Part shown: positions 1 to 8,514 of the stretch, in pieces
Layout: every line of letters starts with the position of its first letter
Numbering within the stretch: position 1 is the first letter of the stretch
NCBI GenBank assembly: GCA_963665095.1
Contig: OY762069.1
Location: forward strand, 800,001-864,000
Direction of reading: 5' to 3'
Length of the DNA: 64,000 nucleotides
Source: an uncultured Desulfobacter sp.
GTDB lineage: Bacteria; Desulfobacterota; Desulfobacteria; Desulfobacterales; Desulfobacteraceae
The notes under the pieces: model-generated
What the model was told of the DNA's origin: nothing
What the model saw: the letters and a program-made list of their open reading frames with translations, nothing else
Database searches by the model: none
Position numbers and translations under genes: made by a program

Positions 1-752
1 TCAAGCACATCTGCCCTGAAAGTGACAACCTGGGTATCCAGGTCCGGATGCACTTGATTAATGGTCGGGATAGTGCCAAGGAAAACAGATTCTCCCAGCC
101 GGATATTATTGATCCGGCCTGGAAGCTGCTTGTCCTGAAGCCATTTCAGCAAAACAGAACCGCCCACGGATATGGTTTTGACCTCTATGCCCAGTCTGGT
201 TTCAATCCGTTCGGCAAGTTCGGCCATAAGGCATAGGTTCTGATCATCCGGGACAGTGCCGGCACAGCAGCCAAGGTTGGTACCTATACCGGCAAAATCA
301 ATGACCCTGTGCCTGATCTGGTGAATTTTTTTTACCATGCTCAGAACCTGGTCAGGCATAACCCCCTCCCTAAGGTCTCCGGTGTCCACCATCAGCAGGA
401 TTTGATGGGGGCAGTTCATAGAAATGGCAGTCTGGTTGATCTGTTCAATTACAGCCATTTCAGAATTGAAACTTAAGCTGAAGTTCTGAACCACGGCAGG
501 CAGTTCGTGAATGGAAGGAAGGGCAATATAAATGGGCCGCTTGGGAAAGACAGCCTGTGTCCTGGGGCCGTCAGGCACCTTGGATATCCCTATATTGTCA
601 AATCCTTGTTCCAGCATTTCCCTGATAATTTTGGGGTCACCAGCCGGGTCCTTGATGATACCGGTAACCCTTAACCCGTGTTCAGCGCAATGCCGGGATA
701 AAAAACAAATGTTGTGCCGGAGTTTTTCCAGGTCAAGGATTAGTTGACTCAT
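1..752 (-). CDS. Alanine/ornithine racemase-family PLP enzyme (runs off left edge, 3' end missing)
   Basis: Not in ORF track (no stop in window). Manual translation from ATG at 752 is open: MSQLILDLEKLRHNI...VTGIIK...HQILLMVDTGDLREGV...GIGTNLGC...ISVGGS...INNIRLGE, typical Orr/YhfX-type racemase motifs. Confidence 0.85.
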   Translation of the reverse strand, partial: MSQLILDLEKLRHNICFLSRHCAEHGLRVTGIIKDPAGDPKIIREMLEQGFDNIGISKVPDGPRTQAVFPKRPIYIALPSIHELPAVVQNFSLSFNSEMAVIEQINQTAISMNCPHQILLMVDTGDLREGVMPDQVLSMVKKIHQIRHRVIDFAGIGTNLGCCAGTVPDDQNLCLMAELAERIETRLGIEVKTISVGGSVLLKWLQDKQLPGRINNIRLGESVFLGTIPTINQVHPDLDTQVVTFRADVL

Positions 753-764
753 AACAGCATAAGG

Positions 765-1290
765 TTATTTATGAAATTTTATCATCAGCATGGCAATATC
801 GTCCGACGGAGGGGGCTGTCCCAGCATGTTTCCTGATACTGTCCAGAAGCGTGTGAAGTAATTTTTCCGGTTCAAGTTTCCTGTCCATGGAAACCTGCTC
901 AATCTGGCGTTCATTTGAAACCTGTTCCCCGTCTTTATATTCATGGCCTTGTTTACACCGTCCGTATATAACATAAATTCTTTATGGTTGCACAGAGTCA
1001 ATGTGCGGTCTGAATATTTAAAATGCCGATCACAAGCGCGACACACATGGATCGGGGCTATCTGAACTCAATCCATTATTGATACGGGTCATCATTTTGC
1101 CCGGAGAAGCATTCCGGCCGCCGTAATGTTGATCAGATCCTGAATATTTCTGGAAAGCTCGTGGCGCATGAGAAAGAATAATGCTGCCAGATTGCCCATG
1201 TTGTCTCTAAATTTTTTAGGCAGGTGGCTCACCAAAGCCGTCTCAAGGCAGGTCAGGGCATTTAAAGGCCCTGGTTTTCAAGATTTTTCC
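765..1290 (-). pseudogene. Decayed HAMP-PP2C (SpoIIE/RsbU-like) phosphatase remnant
   Basis: Fragments in different frames match the intact gene at 26050-28080: GNLAALFFLMRHELSRNIQDLINITAA vs GTLASSFVIMRRELNKNIQDLLQVIAA; ASPGKMMTRINNGLSSDSPRSM vs ASPSQVMEKINDILSSDNPRSM; YSDRTLTL..MLYTDGVNKAMN vs YSDITLTL..FLYTDGVNEAMN; SDDIAMLMIKFHK vs SDDIAMLMIKYHGK. Frameshifts and large internal deletions; 5' boundary approximate. Confidence 0.85.
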
Positions 1291-1361
1291 GGGGAAATCC
1301 ATGAAAAATCGATTCACTGCAGAAAACATATAAAATGTCTCTTGTGTTGGATGGAAAATTA

Positions 1362-1811
1362 TCAGGCGAGCCAGAGCTGAATATTATTTTTATTATCTTT
1401 TCTTTTGTATTCGATTTTTTTTACAAACTTTTTTACCAGGAAAATGCCTAATCCGCCGGCTTGACGTTCATCAATATCCATGAAAATATCCGGATCTTTT
1501 TTTGCGAGGGGATTAAATTCGATGCCATTATCAGATATCTGTATAAAAAGCGTGTCATTCAAAACGCCGGCACTGACATCAATAATGCCGGTATCCAAAT
1601 CCTTGATGCCATAATTTATGGTATTTAAAACCAGTTCTTCAATAATGAGGTCAATGGCAAAGCTTTTCTTTTCGTGCAACGCTTCTGGGGGAAGTGTTGA
1701 CTTGACGAATTCTTGAATTTGATAAATGGATTCAATTTCAGGTTTAAATGTGTTTGTTTCCATTGAGCCGGCCTGTAGTTTATTGGTATTCATATTTAAG
1801 ATTTGATGCAT
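1362..1811 (-). CDS. Anti-sigma factor-type Ser kinase (RsbW/SpoIIAB-like, HATPase_c_2)
   Basis: EELVLNTINYG (N box), ISDNGIEFNP (G1), GGLGIFLVKK (G2). True start may be a downstream Met. Confidence 0.9.
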   Translation of the reverse strand: MHQILNMNTNKLQAGSMETNTFKPEIESIYQIQEFVKSTLPPEALHEKKSFAIDLIIEELVLNTINYGIKDLDTGIIDVSAGVLNDTLFIQISDNGIEFNPLAKKDPDIFMDIDERQAGGLGIFLVKKFVKKIEYKRKDNKNNIQLWLA

Positions 1812-1861
1812 TTAACCGCCTGGGATGCTCTAAGATATTGACCTTATAGTTCAGGAGGCGT

Positions 1862-2206
1862 TCAAACTTCTGTAATTTTTTGTTTTGCAGCCTCAATGCT
1901 ATCACAAATCGTCATGAATGCATGGAATCCTGCCATTTCTATTATTTCATAAACATTTTTATTGGCGTTGCATATGCATAAGTTGCCTGAACCGTGTACT
2001 TTTTTGGTTATTACTACCAGAATTCTAAGACCTGCACTGCTGATATAGTTAGTATTCTCAAGGTCGAGAATAATATTGGCCTCCCCTTGATCAATCATTC
2101 CTGAGAGCGTGGTTTCAAGTTTTCCTGATGTTGTTGCGTTAATTTTCCCACTTACGTGGACAATGGAAAAGTTGTCCTCTTTATCTGTCTGGATAGCAAT
2201 ATCCAT
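1862..2206 (-). CDS. STAS anti-anti-sigma factor (RsbV/SpoIIAA-like)
   Basis: 114 aa, ILDLENTNYISSAGLR with conserved phosphoacceptor Ser, YEIIEMAGF. Confidence 0.9.
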   Translation of the reverse strand: MDIAIQTDKEDNFSIVHVSGKINATTSGKLETTLSGMIDQGEANIILDLENTNYISSAGLRILVVITKKVHGSGNLCICNANKNVYEIIEMAGFHAFMTICDSIEAAKQKITEV

Positions 2207-2535
2207 TGGAAAAAGCTCCTCATGGTTTTTGGATAGGGCAGGAATTTTTTTAAATATTAACTTACCTTTTTTTAAACTGAAAGTTCAAGTGCAATTTTGA
2301 ACTGCCAAATCAAAACAGAAGGAAATTTGTATCAGTTTGTATGAAAGTCCCGGTAAATTGTGTTATAACCTTCACAACAGCTTGGTTGTGTACTCAGTTT
2401 TTTATTTATTGTGCGCTTGAAATAAGGTGCTGGGCACAGGCGTCTGGAGAATGACCTATAGACCAGGAGATAGGGCGCCGTGAAAAGTTGTAAAACAGCT
2501 CAAATACGAAACGGATCTCACAGGAGCATGAAATA

Positions 2536-2868
2536 ATGGAAATTACTATCAATGATCAACCACAGGCGCTTATTGTCTCTGCCACCGGAAATATTGATGC
2601 ATCGACTGCACCCCAGCTGGAAAAGGCAATTCGTGATTTTGTAACAAAGCCTGAAAAACCCCTGGTGTTAAATCTGGATAAACTGGATTATGTGAGCAGT
2701 GCCGGGTTAAGGGTCGTCCTGTTATCGGCAAAACAGCTTAAGGCAAAAGGCCAGGAACTGATTCTTTCCGGGTTGCACGGCGGAGTCAAGGATGTCTTTG
2801 AACTTTCCGGGTTTTATTCTATTTTTAAAATATTTGAATCCCCTGAAGATGCCCTGGCAGCGCTTTAA
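2536..2868 (+). CDS. STAS anti-anti-sigma factor (RsbV/SpoIIAA-like)
   Basis: 110 aa, GNIDASTAP, LDYVSSAGLR, VKDVFELSGF; AGGAG RBS upstream. Confidence 0.92.
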   Translation: MEITINDQPQALIVSATGNIDASTAPQLEKAIRDFVTKPEKPLVLNLDKLDYVSSAGLRVVLLSAKQLKAKGQELILSGLHGGVKDVFELSGFYSIFKIFESPEDALAAL

Positions 2869-2895
2869 TCCTGAACAGTGTCCATCCGTTAAAGA

Positions 2896-2940
2896 GAAAA
2901 AAGCCTGCTGAAACGGGCATGGTTTGGCAGGCTACTCCTT
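2896..2940. terminator. Hairpin after STAS gene (possible intrinsic terminator)
   Basis: AGCCTGCTGAAAC...GTTTGGCAGGCT inverted repeat with an A-run on its left side. Confidence 0.4.
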
Positions 2941-3100
2941 AGAAGGAGATTGTTTCCAAAATACACCCGGGCTGTTTTATTTCAAAGATCTTGTCTTTGT
3001 GTTGGCCGGGTGCTATTAGAGCATAGGTGGGGAACCTTGTTTTTCAGCCATTCTTAACTTTCTAATACCCAAGCGGGAAAATGCCAAAACGGGAGCAGCA

Positions 3101-3481
3101 ATGAGCGGTAATGCAGTCAGGCGTCATGACCCAAACGATGGCCCGGTTCAGATTCGTCACATTGATCTTGAATCAGGCGGCAGGGTCAGTGTGGTTTCAA
3201 AAAAGGACGGGGAACGTGTTCAGATCTCAGCGGGTGACGATCGGCTTTTTATGGAGATCAGGTTTACCCCGGAAGGACCGGTTGTCTCTTTAGATGGTGC
3301 CTGTCTCGAGTTGTCTGCAACCCGTGAGATATCCCTGGATGCGGAAAAGGTAAATATTCGGTCTAAAAAGAACACCGAAATTAGCAGCCACGGGACTTTA
3401 AAGATTGATATACAAGAGGATGTGGATCTTCAATCTGATCAGGAGATCCGTTTACAGGGCAAAATGATCCATTTAAATTAA
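3101..3481 (+). CDS. Small gp5/VgrG-C-terminal-like beta-helix protein (putative spike tip adaptor)
   Basis: ~8-residue beta-strand repeats (ELSATREISLDAEKVNIRSKKNTEISSHGTLKID) ending QGKMIHLN, like VgrG C-termini; 10 nt upstream of PAAR gene. Confidence 0.5.
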   Translation: MSGNAVRRHDPNDGPVQIRHIDLESGGRVSVVSKKDGERVQISAGDDRLFMEIRFTPEGPVVSLDGACLELSATREISLDAEKVNIRSKKNTEISSHGTLKIDIQEDVDLQSDQEIRLQGKMIHLN

Positions 3482-3491
3482 AGGGACTGAT

Positions 3492-3875
3492 ATGCCGCCA
3501 GCTGCACGTGTGTCAGATTTAGTATTACAGGATAATCCCCATTGCCATGCCCCCATTCATCCACCGGCTCCGGTCCCGGCCACAGTACCTCATCCCGCAG
3601 TGCCGCTGGCTATTGTCAAAGGAGCCACCACGGTCTTTATCGGTGGATTACCGGCAGCCACGGCTACCAGTACAACAGCCCCGTGTACCCCGGCCGGATG
3701 TACACCTGCAGGCCCCGGTGTTGTGGCCAAGGGTTCTGCCACCGTTTTTGTGCAGAATCTGCCTGCTGCACGGGTTAATGATACCACAGCCCATGCCTCC
3801 TGTGTGGCACCGGTTCCGGGGGCGACCGGGAAGATTCTCCCTCCGGGATGTTTAACTGTGATGATCGGAGGATAA
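3492..3875 (+). CDS. PAAR domain spike-tip protein
   Basis: PAARVSD, PAATATS, PAARVND motifs; His/Cys metal ligands; ends TVMIGG. Confidence 0.92.
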   Translation: MPPAARVSDLVLQDNPHCHAPIHPPAPVPATVPHPAVPLAIVKGATTVFIGGLPAATATSTTAPCTPAGCTPAGPGVVAKGSATVFVQNLPAARVNDTTAHASCVAPVPGATGKILPPGCLTVMIGG

Positions 3876-3900
3876 TGCCATCAATCCAGTCCATTTTGAC

Positions 3901-5010
3901 ATGCTTAAGCCGGTCTGCCCCCTGTGCCGGAAAGATGGACGGGGTGAAAACAGGCTTGAGATTTATCAGGTTTTAAAGCAAGATGACGGGGATATAGACC
4001 AGGGGATTCTGACCTGCACCCACCCTCAGTGCCGGTGCGAATACCCGATTATTGATGGTGTCCCGGTCATTGTGGCTGATATAAGGCACTATGTCACCCA
4101 CAGTGCCTATCCCATTATCAGACGAAACGATCTATCGGAGTCTCTGGAATCTCTTATAGGCGACTGCATGGGACCGGGGTCGGTGAATGACCTGATGCGT
4201 CAGCATTTAAGTTCCTACGGGTATGATCATTATGAAGGTATGGATTCCGGTGCCTCAGTCACTGATGACCGGGCCAAAAGAGATGGGCCGGCTGACGGTG
4301 TGCCTGGGCCGGGGGCCTGCGCAGGACTGATGCTCAGAAATCTGGAAGGGATGAACGCAGCCTCCTCGGGCCCGATAATTGACCTTGGATGTTCAGTGGG
4401 GCGGACTACTTTTGAGGTGGCACGATATTTTAAAGAGCTTACCCTTGGTATTGATTTGAATTTTAATATGATCAAAGCTGCGGCCAGTGTCTTGAAAACA
4501 GGCTTTTTTAGCTACCCTAAACGAAAAACCGGCATGGTATATGAACAAAGGTGCATCAAGACCCCGTTCAAAGCAGAGAAAAACGTTGATTTCTGGGCCT
4601 GCGATGTGTTGAATCTGCCGTTTTCCCGGAATCAATTCGGTTTCGCCGTCAGCATGAACCTGCTGGATTGTGTGTCAGAGCCGTTTTCTTATCTTCAGGA
4701 GGTGGAACGTATACTAAAGCCGGGTGGTCAGGGCCTGATGTCAACGCCCTATGACTGGAATACAAATGCCGTGCCTGTGGAAAACTGGCTGGGTGGGCAC
4801 TCACAAAGAGCTGAGTCAGGGGGGCGCAGCGAAGTGATGATCCGCTCCCTTTTTGCCGGTGGCAGTCATTCCCATGCATTAAAACAGCTTGGCCTGGTAT
4901 ATGAAAAAGAAAATCAGCCGTGGCCGGTAAGGGTTCATGAACGCAGTACCATGCAGTATCTGGTTCATGTGATGGGCATTGAGAAACACAATAAGGGGAC
5001 AGGGGAATGA
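3901..5010 (+). CDS. Class I SAM-dependent methyltransferase with N-terminal Trm112-like Zn-ribbon
   Basis: CPLC...LTCTHPQC..YPIIDGVP N-terminus; IIDLGCSVGR SAM motif; DVLNLPF; LKPGG. Confidence 0.85.
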   Translation: MLKPVCPLCRKDGRGENRLEIYQVLKQDDGDIDQGILTCTHPQCRCEYPIIDGVPVIVADIRHYVTHSAYPIIRRNDLSESLESLIGDCMGPGSVNDLMRQHLSSYGYDHYEGMDSGASVTDDRAKRDGPADGVPGPGACAGLMLRNLEGMNAASSGPIIDLGCSVGRTTFEVARYFKELTLGIDLNFNMIKAAASVLKTGFFSYPKRKTGMVYEQRCIKTPFKAEKNVDFWACDVLNLPFSRNQFGFAVSMNLLDCVSEPFSYLQEVERILKPGGQGLMSTPYDWNTNAVPVENWLGGHSQRAESGGRSEVMIRSLFAGGSHSHALKQLGLVYEKENQPWPVRVHERSTMQYLVHVMGIEKHNKGTGE

Positions 5011-5345
5011 CAGACAAAATAGACAAGTTGTTTTCACCGGAACGGCTTCGGGGGAAATGGTCAATGGATACAAGGGCGTCTAAAAACCCTGTTGCGTTTG
5101 ATTTACCCCGGGTGTCTGAAAAATACAGCGCCATTTTCCTGGAACTGCGGGATGTAATATTTCATAAATTTTCAGACGATATCCGCCTGCTTCTGGATAA
5201 TATGATGGAGGAACTGGAGAACAGTCTGGCTTCGCGCTTTCCTGCCACAGGTGTGCAATCACTTTCCCAGGAGGAAATTGCCGCACTTAATATTGCCATT
5301 GATCAGATTCTCACTCAAATGGAAGATTTGACGGAACATGCTTAA
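5007..5345 (+). CDS. Hypothetical helical acidic protein in PAAR operon
   Basis: 112 aa ORF, ATGA overlap with the methyltransferase, 3 nt before tssG. Confidence 0.7.
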   Translation: MTDKIDKLFSPERLRGKWSMDTRASKNPVAFDLPRVSEKYSAIFLELRDVIFHKFSDDIRLLLDNMMEELENSLASRFPATGVQSLSQEEIAALNIAIDQILTQMEDLTEHA

Positions 5346-5348
5346 GTC

Positions 5349-6248
5349 ATGGATGAATTTAAAATGGCACCACAAGTAGAATCATCTGCCGGCACCCTTA
5401 GAATTCAAAAGAAAATATCAGGACGAATACATGATTTTGATTTGATCTCCTTGGTACGGGTGTTGTGCCATATCGGTTATGCCATGGAGGAGATCATATT
5501 TGAAAGTGACAACAGTCTGTGCTCCCAGGCAGGCTTGATTCAGCAGGTCCGATTTTTAAAGGACCCTACAAAACAGGTAATTATCAGCCTTAATATGGGC
5601 CTTTTAAGCGCACAATCCCCGCTGCCCAGCTATTTCCAGAAAAATATCGATAAAAGCCTGATGGATGTGACGGCATTTTACGAATTCATTGGTTACTTTG
5701 ACCATATACTGATGTTTCAGTTTTTAAAATCTGTTTATCCTGAATTGAATCTGAATCCCGCCTTTGATTTACAGTCCCTTAAAGAAACGACCCTTGGCAT
5801 GCTGGATATAAAGTGCCTGACAACTTTGGACTGGCTTTTCAGGCTGGTTTTTCCGGAGCTTGAGGTCCGTGTTGAAAAGGGGTTGGTTCTAAGGCAGGTG
5901 ACCATGGTGCCGTTGATTCTGGGTAAGGCTGTTTTAGGAGAAAACAGTGTGTTTGGGGACCAGACGAAAATAATGGTATCAGGCCGAAATGTTACGTTAT
6001 TTTCCATGGACGAATTGAGTGATTTGGGAAAGCCTTGGCCCAAAGAAATTAAAGAACGTCTTAAGTCGCATATTTTTCCAATTTTGAGGAACATGGGCGT
6101 AGATCTTCAGGTATCGTTAGTTATAGAATCCCAGAAGCAGTGGGCCCGACTCCATACTGATACGTATCTTGGGTATGATAAAATTACCGGCGGCACCGAG
6201 CAATACAAGCGGATTCGGATATTTAAGGGACATCTTTCCCCGAATTGA
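5349..6248 (+). CDS. tssG: T6SS baseplate subunit TssG (IglJ-like)
   Basis: LNMGLLSAQSPLPSYF and FIGYFDH motifs of the TssG family; T6SS context. Confidence 0.75.
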   Translation: MDEFKMAPQVESSAGTLRIQKKISGRIHDFDLISLVRVLCHIGYAMEEIIFESDNSLCSQAGLIQQVRFLKDPTKQVIISLNMGLLSAQSPLPSYFQKNIDKSLMDVTAFYEFIGYFDHILMFQFLKSVYPELNLNPAFDLQSLKETTLGMLDIKCLTTLDWLFRLVFPELEVRVEKGLVLRQVTMVPLILGKAVLGENSVFGDQTKIMVSGRNVTLFSMDELSDLGKPWPKEIKERLKSHIFPILRNMGVDLQVSLVIESQKQWARLHTDTYLGYDKITGGTEQYKRIRIFKGHLSPN

Positions 6249-6419
6249 TGGTGTGCAAGAATGCGTTTTACCTGATTCTGACCATTAGCCAACCACCGAA
6301 AATCACAAAAAAGATACCGTTTATCATCATTTTGTTGACCCAAGGACGTGTATTTAATACCTGAATTTGTACTAGGTTATTTTATAAAGTGTAAACATGA
6401 CTATTTTTATGACATTGCT

Positions 6420-6560
6420 ATGCGGACAATACGTTGAATTAATGAAAAATTAATAATTTTCATTTTAGACATGCAATATAATGAAAAAATTATTATCAGT
6501 TTATTTTTTTTAAAGAATACGTTATGAATAACTAACCTGTATAAGGTTTATTCAATATCG
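6420..6560. promoter_or_regulatory. AT-rich regulatory region of main T6SS operon with palindrome and direct repeat
   Basis: AATGAAAA-N8-TTTTCATT (6441-6464); TAATGAAAAA repeated at 6440 and 6479. Confidence 0.35.
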
Positions 6561-6584
6561 CTTTTGGAGATTAATACATAAAAA

Positions 6585-7763
6585 ATGGATTGGCGTCAGT
6601 TAGATATCGAATTCCAGGTTTCTGAAGATCCGGGATTGGGAACCCTTGATCCACGGTTTGTTGAGATCGCCGGAATGATTCAGGAGAGTAATTTCTCTGC
6701 TGCGGCCCGGCAGGCCCAGGAGGTTATTGAGGAAGAAATATACGATATCAGGATTATCAGTTACTTTCTCTACGGGGTTTTCGATGAACAGGGGCCAGGC
6801 TCTCTTTACGGTATTTTAAAGGTATTATCCAATGTGCTTACCCAGAACTGGGATGCCGTCGGCCCTTTAAAAAATCGCGAAAAGCAAGTAAAAAACAGTT
6901 TAACCTGGTTTTTCAAGCAGACAAATAAAGTGCTGGAAACACAGGAGAAAAAAGAAGGCCCGGAATGGGGAAAATGGCTTAGTGAAACGGCTTCAGACGA
7001 TATACATGAAGCCATTGAAATGGGGAACGATTTCAAGGCAAATGCAGGCCGTACCCTTGAAGATCACGCCTCAGCGATTATTGATCAGGTGGCCAGGACC
7101 CTGGCATGGCTTGACAGTTTTTACCGACTGATTTACCAGGAAGAGCCTGATGCAAGTGAAGAGGAAGAGGCTGATTTTGATTCGGAGGAAGATGCCGATG
7201 ACCCTGAATCGCCGGACGCCTTCGAAGAAGATACAAGGCCTTACACCAATGAGCAGTCTGCTGCAGGGGGATCATGGCCTGGTGTTGGTCAGGCAGACAA
7301 CACAGGCGGCGGCTCATATTTGCTCCAGCAGCTTATCAGGAAGATGGCCCTGTTTGAGCGCCTTCTTGCAGAAAATAAAAATACCGGTGCGGCCCTGGTG
7401 GCTGATGACATCAATAATATTCTGGCTGATTTTGACCCCCAGGTCTATTTCCCGGAAATTTTTTCCGGTTTTGCCATGCAGTACGCATTGAATGTCGAAA
7501 AAATACTTCCCTTTCAGGGATGCCAGAATTCACCGGTGTGGCAGGCCGCAGACAACCTCTACCGGGTAGATATGGAGCGTTTTGCTGCAATGAATAATGG
7601 ATTCCACAATCAGGAACCAGACGCCTTTGCCAGGTCTGACTCATATGCACAAGAAGATGCCGGTAACCCAACTAGCTACAATCAGGATAACTATAATCAG
7701 GATCAAAACGGTTACGATGTTGAAGAGGATTATTATGGGGAAGATGAGGATGACGACTTTTAA
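6585..7763 (+). CDS. T6SS IglI-family / TssA-like protein with acidic low-complexity tail
   Basis: ImpA_N-like N-terminus (LDPRF..I, YDIRIISY), FDPQVYFPEIF C-domain; first gene of T6SS operon. Confidence 0.65.
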   Translation: MDWRQLDIEFQVSEDPGLGTLDPRFVEIAGMIQESNFSAAARQAQEVIEEEIYDIRIISYFLYGVFDEQGPGSLYGILKVLSNVLTQNWDAVGPLKNREKQVKNSLTWFFKQTNKVLETQEKKEGPEWGKWLSETASDDIHEAIEMGNDFKANAGRTLEDHASAIIDQVARTLAWLDSFYRLIYQEEPDASEEEEADFDSEEDADDPESPDAFEEDTRPYTNEQSAAGGSWPGVGQADNTGGGSYLLQQLIRKMALFERLLAENKNTGAALVADDINNILADFDPQVYFPEIFSGFAMQYALNVEKILPFQGCQNSPVWQAADNLYRVDMERFAAMNNGFHNQEPDAFARSDSYAQEDAGNPTSYNQDNYNQDQNGYDVEEDYYGEDEDDDF

Positions 7764-7904
7764 TCATGACATTTTTTTAAAATTTCATGGCTGCTTTTCA
7801 GTCGTGTTCTAATTTTCATGGTTGTATTTCCAATGTTATCTGCAGGTTGATCTATGGCTGACAATATCTATAGGCCTGCAATATATTAGGACGTAAGCTA
7901 TATT

Positions 7905-8414
7905 ATGAATTGTAAAGGCTGTGGTAAAGAAATTTGTGGCGATGATTTCCGGAAAGTCGCAGACTGGTATTTTTGCCAGGACTGCTTTCAGGGGCTTATG
8001 CAGCCTTCTGATTCAGACACTGAATCCGGTGCCTCTCAGGATGCCAGCGGGGCAGGGGGGCATGATGCTTTGTCCGATACTGAAAACAGCCAGATTTCGA
8101 GACAAAATGTGAAAAAAAAGAGTTGCGAAGTCTGCCAGGCTGAATTAGAGGAAGGTAGCGGGAAAAAGTTAGGCATCTGGCTGCTTTGCGATACCTGCTT
8201 CAACGATATGAATGCCTCAGTAAGACCAGATACCCCTGAGCCGGAGAGCGCTGAGGCGGATCTTGAGGAAGAGACAGATGAAACAGACAGCCGTCCCCCC
8301 GTTGATATGAATAAAACCATTCCATGCCATTCCTGCGGTCGCGTAATACTGGCGGTTGGAGCCAAAGAAGAAGATGGGCAGTATTTTTGCCCGGATTGCT
8401 ACTACAAAAAATAA
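7905..8414 (+). CDS. Cys-rich protein with three CxxC...CxxC zinc-finger-like units
   Basis: CKGC..CQDC, CEVC..CDTC, CHSC..CPDC separated by acidic linkers. Confidence 0.75.
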   Translation: MNCKGCGKEICGDDFRKVADWYFCQDCFQGLMQPSDSDTESGASQDASGAGGHDALSDTENSQISRQNVKKKSCEVCQAELEEGSGKKLGIWLLCDTCFNDMNASVRPDTPEPESAEADLEEETDETDSRPPVDMNKTIPCHSCGRVILAVGAKEEDGQYFCPDCYYKK

Positions 8415-8514
8415 CATGTGCTTAAGATTTACCTCTTAAGTTACCTCGGTTGACCGTAATTTCATAATAGCTTGAAACAGCGGCCGGCTGTAAATTTTTA
8501 ACAGAGGACAATTT

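Noticed and set aside
765..1046. 93-aa ORF as a functional small gene
   Set aside because: Chimera of PP2C remnant frames created by compensating frameshifts.
2206..3100. Sigma54 or SigB-type promoters for STAS/PAAR operons
   Set aside because: GG-N10-GC and GTTT-N-GGGWA spacings are not met by the candidate sites examined.
8421..8447. Short tandem CTTAAG..TTACCT repeat
   Set aside because: Two imperfect copies only; not a CRISPR array and no supporting context.
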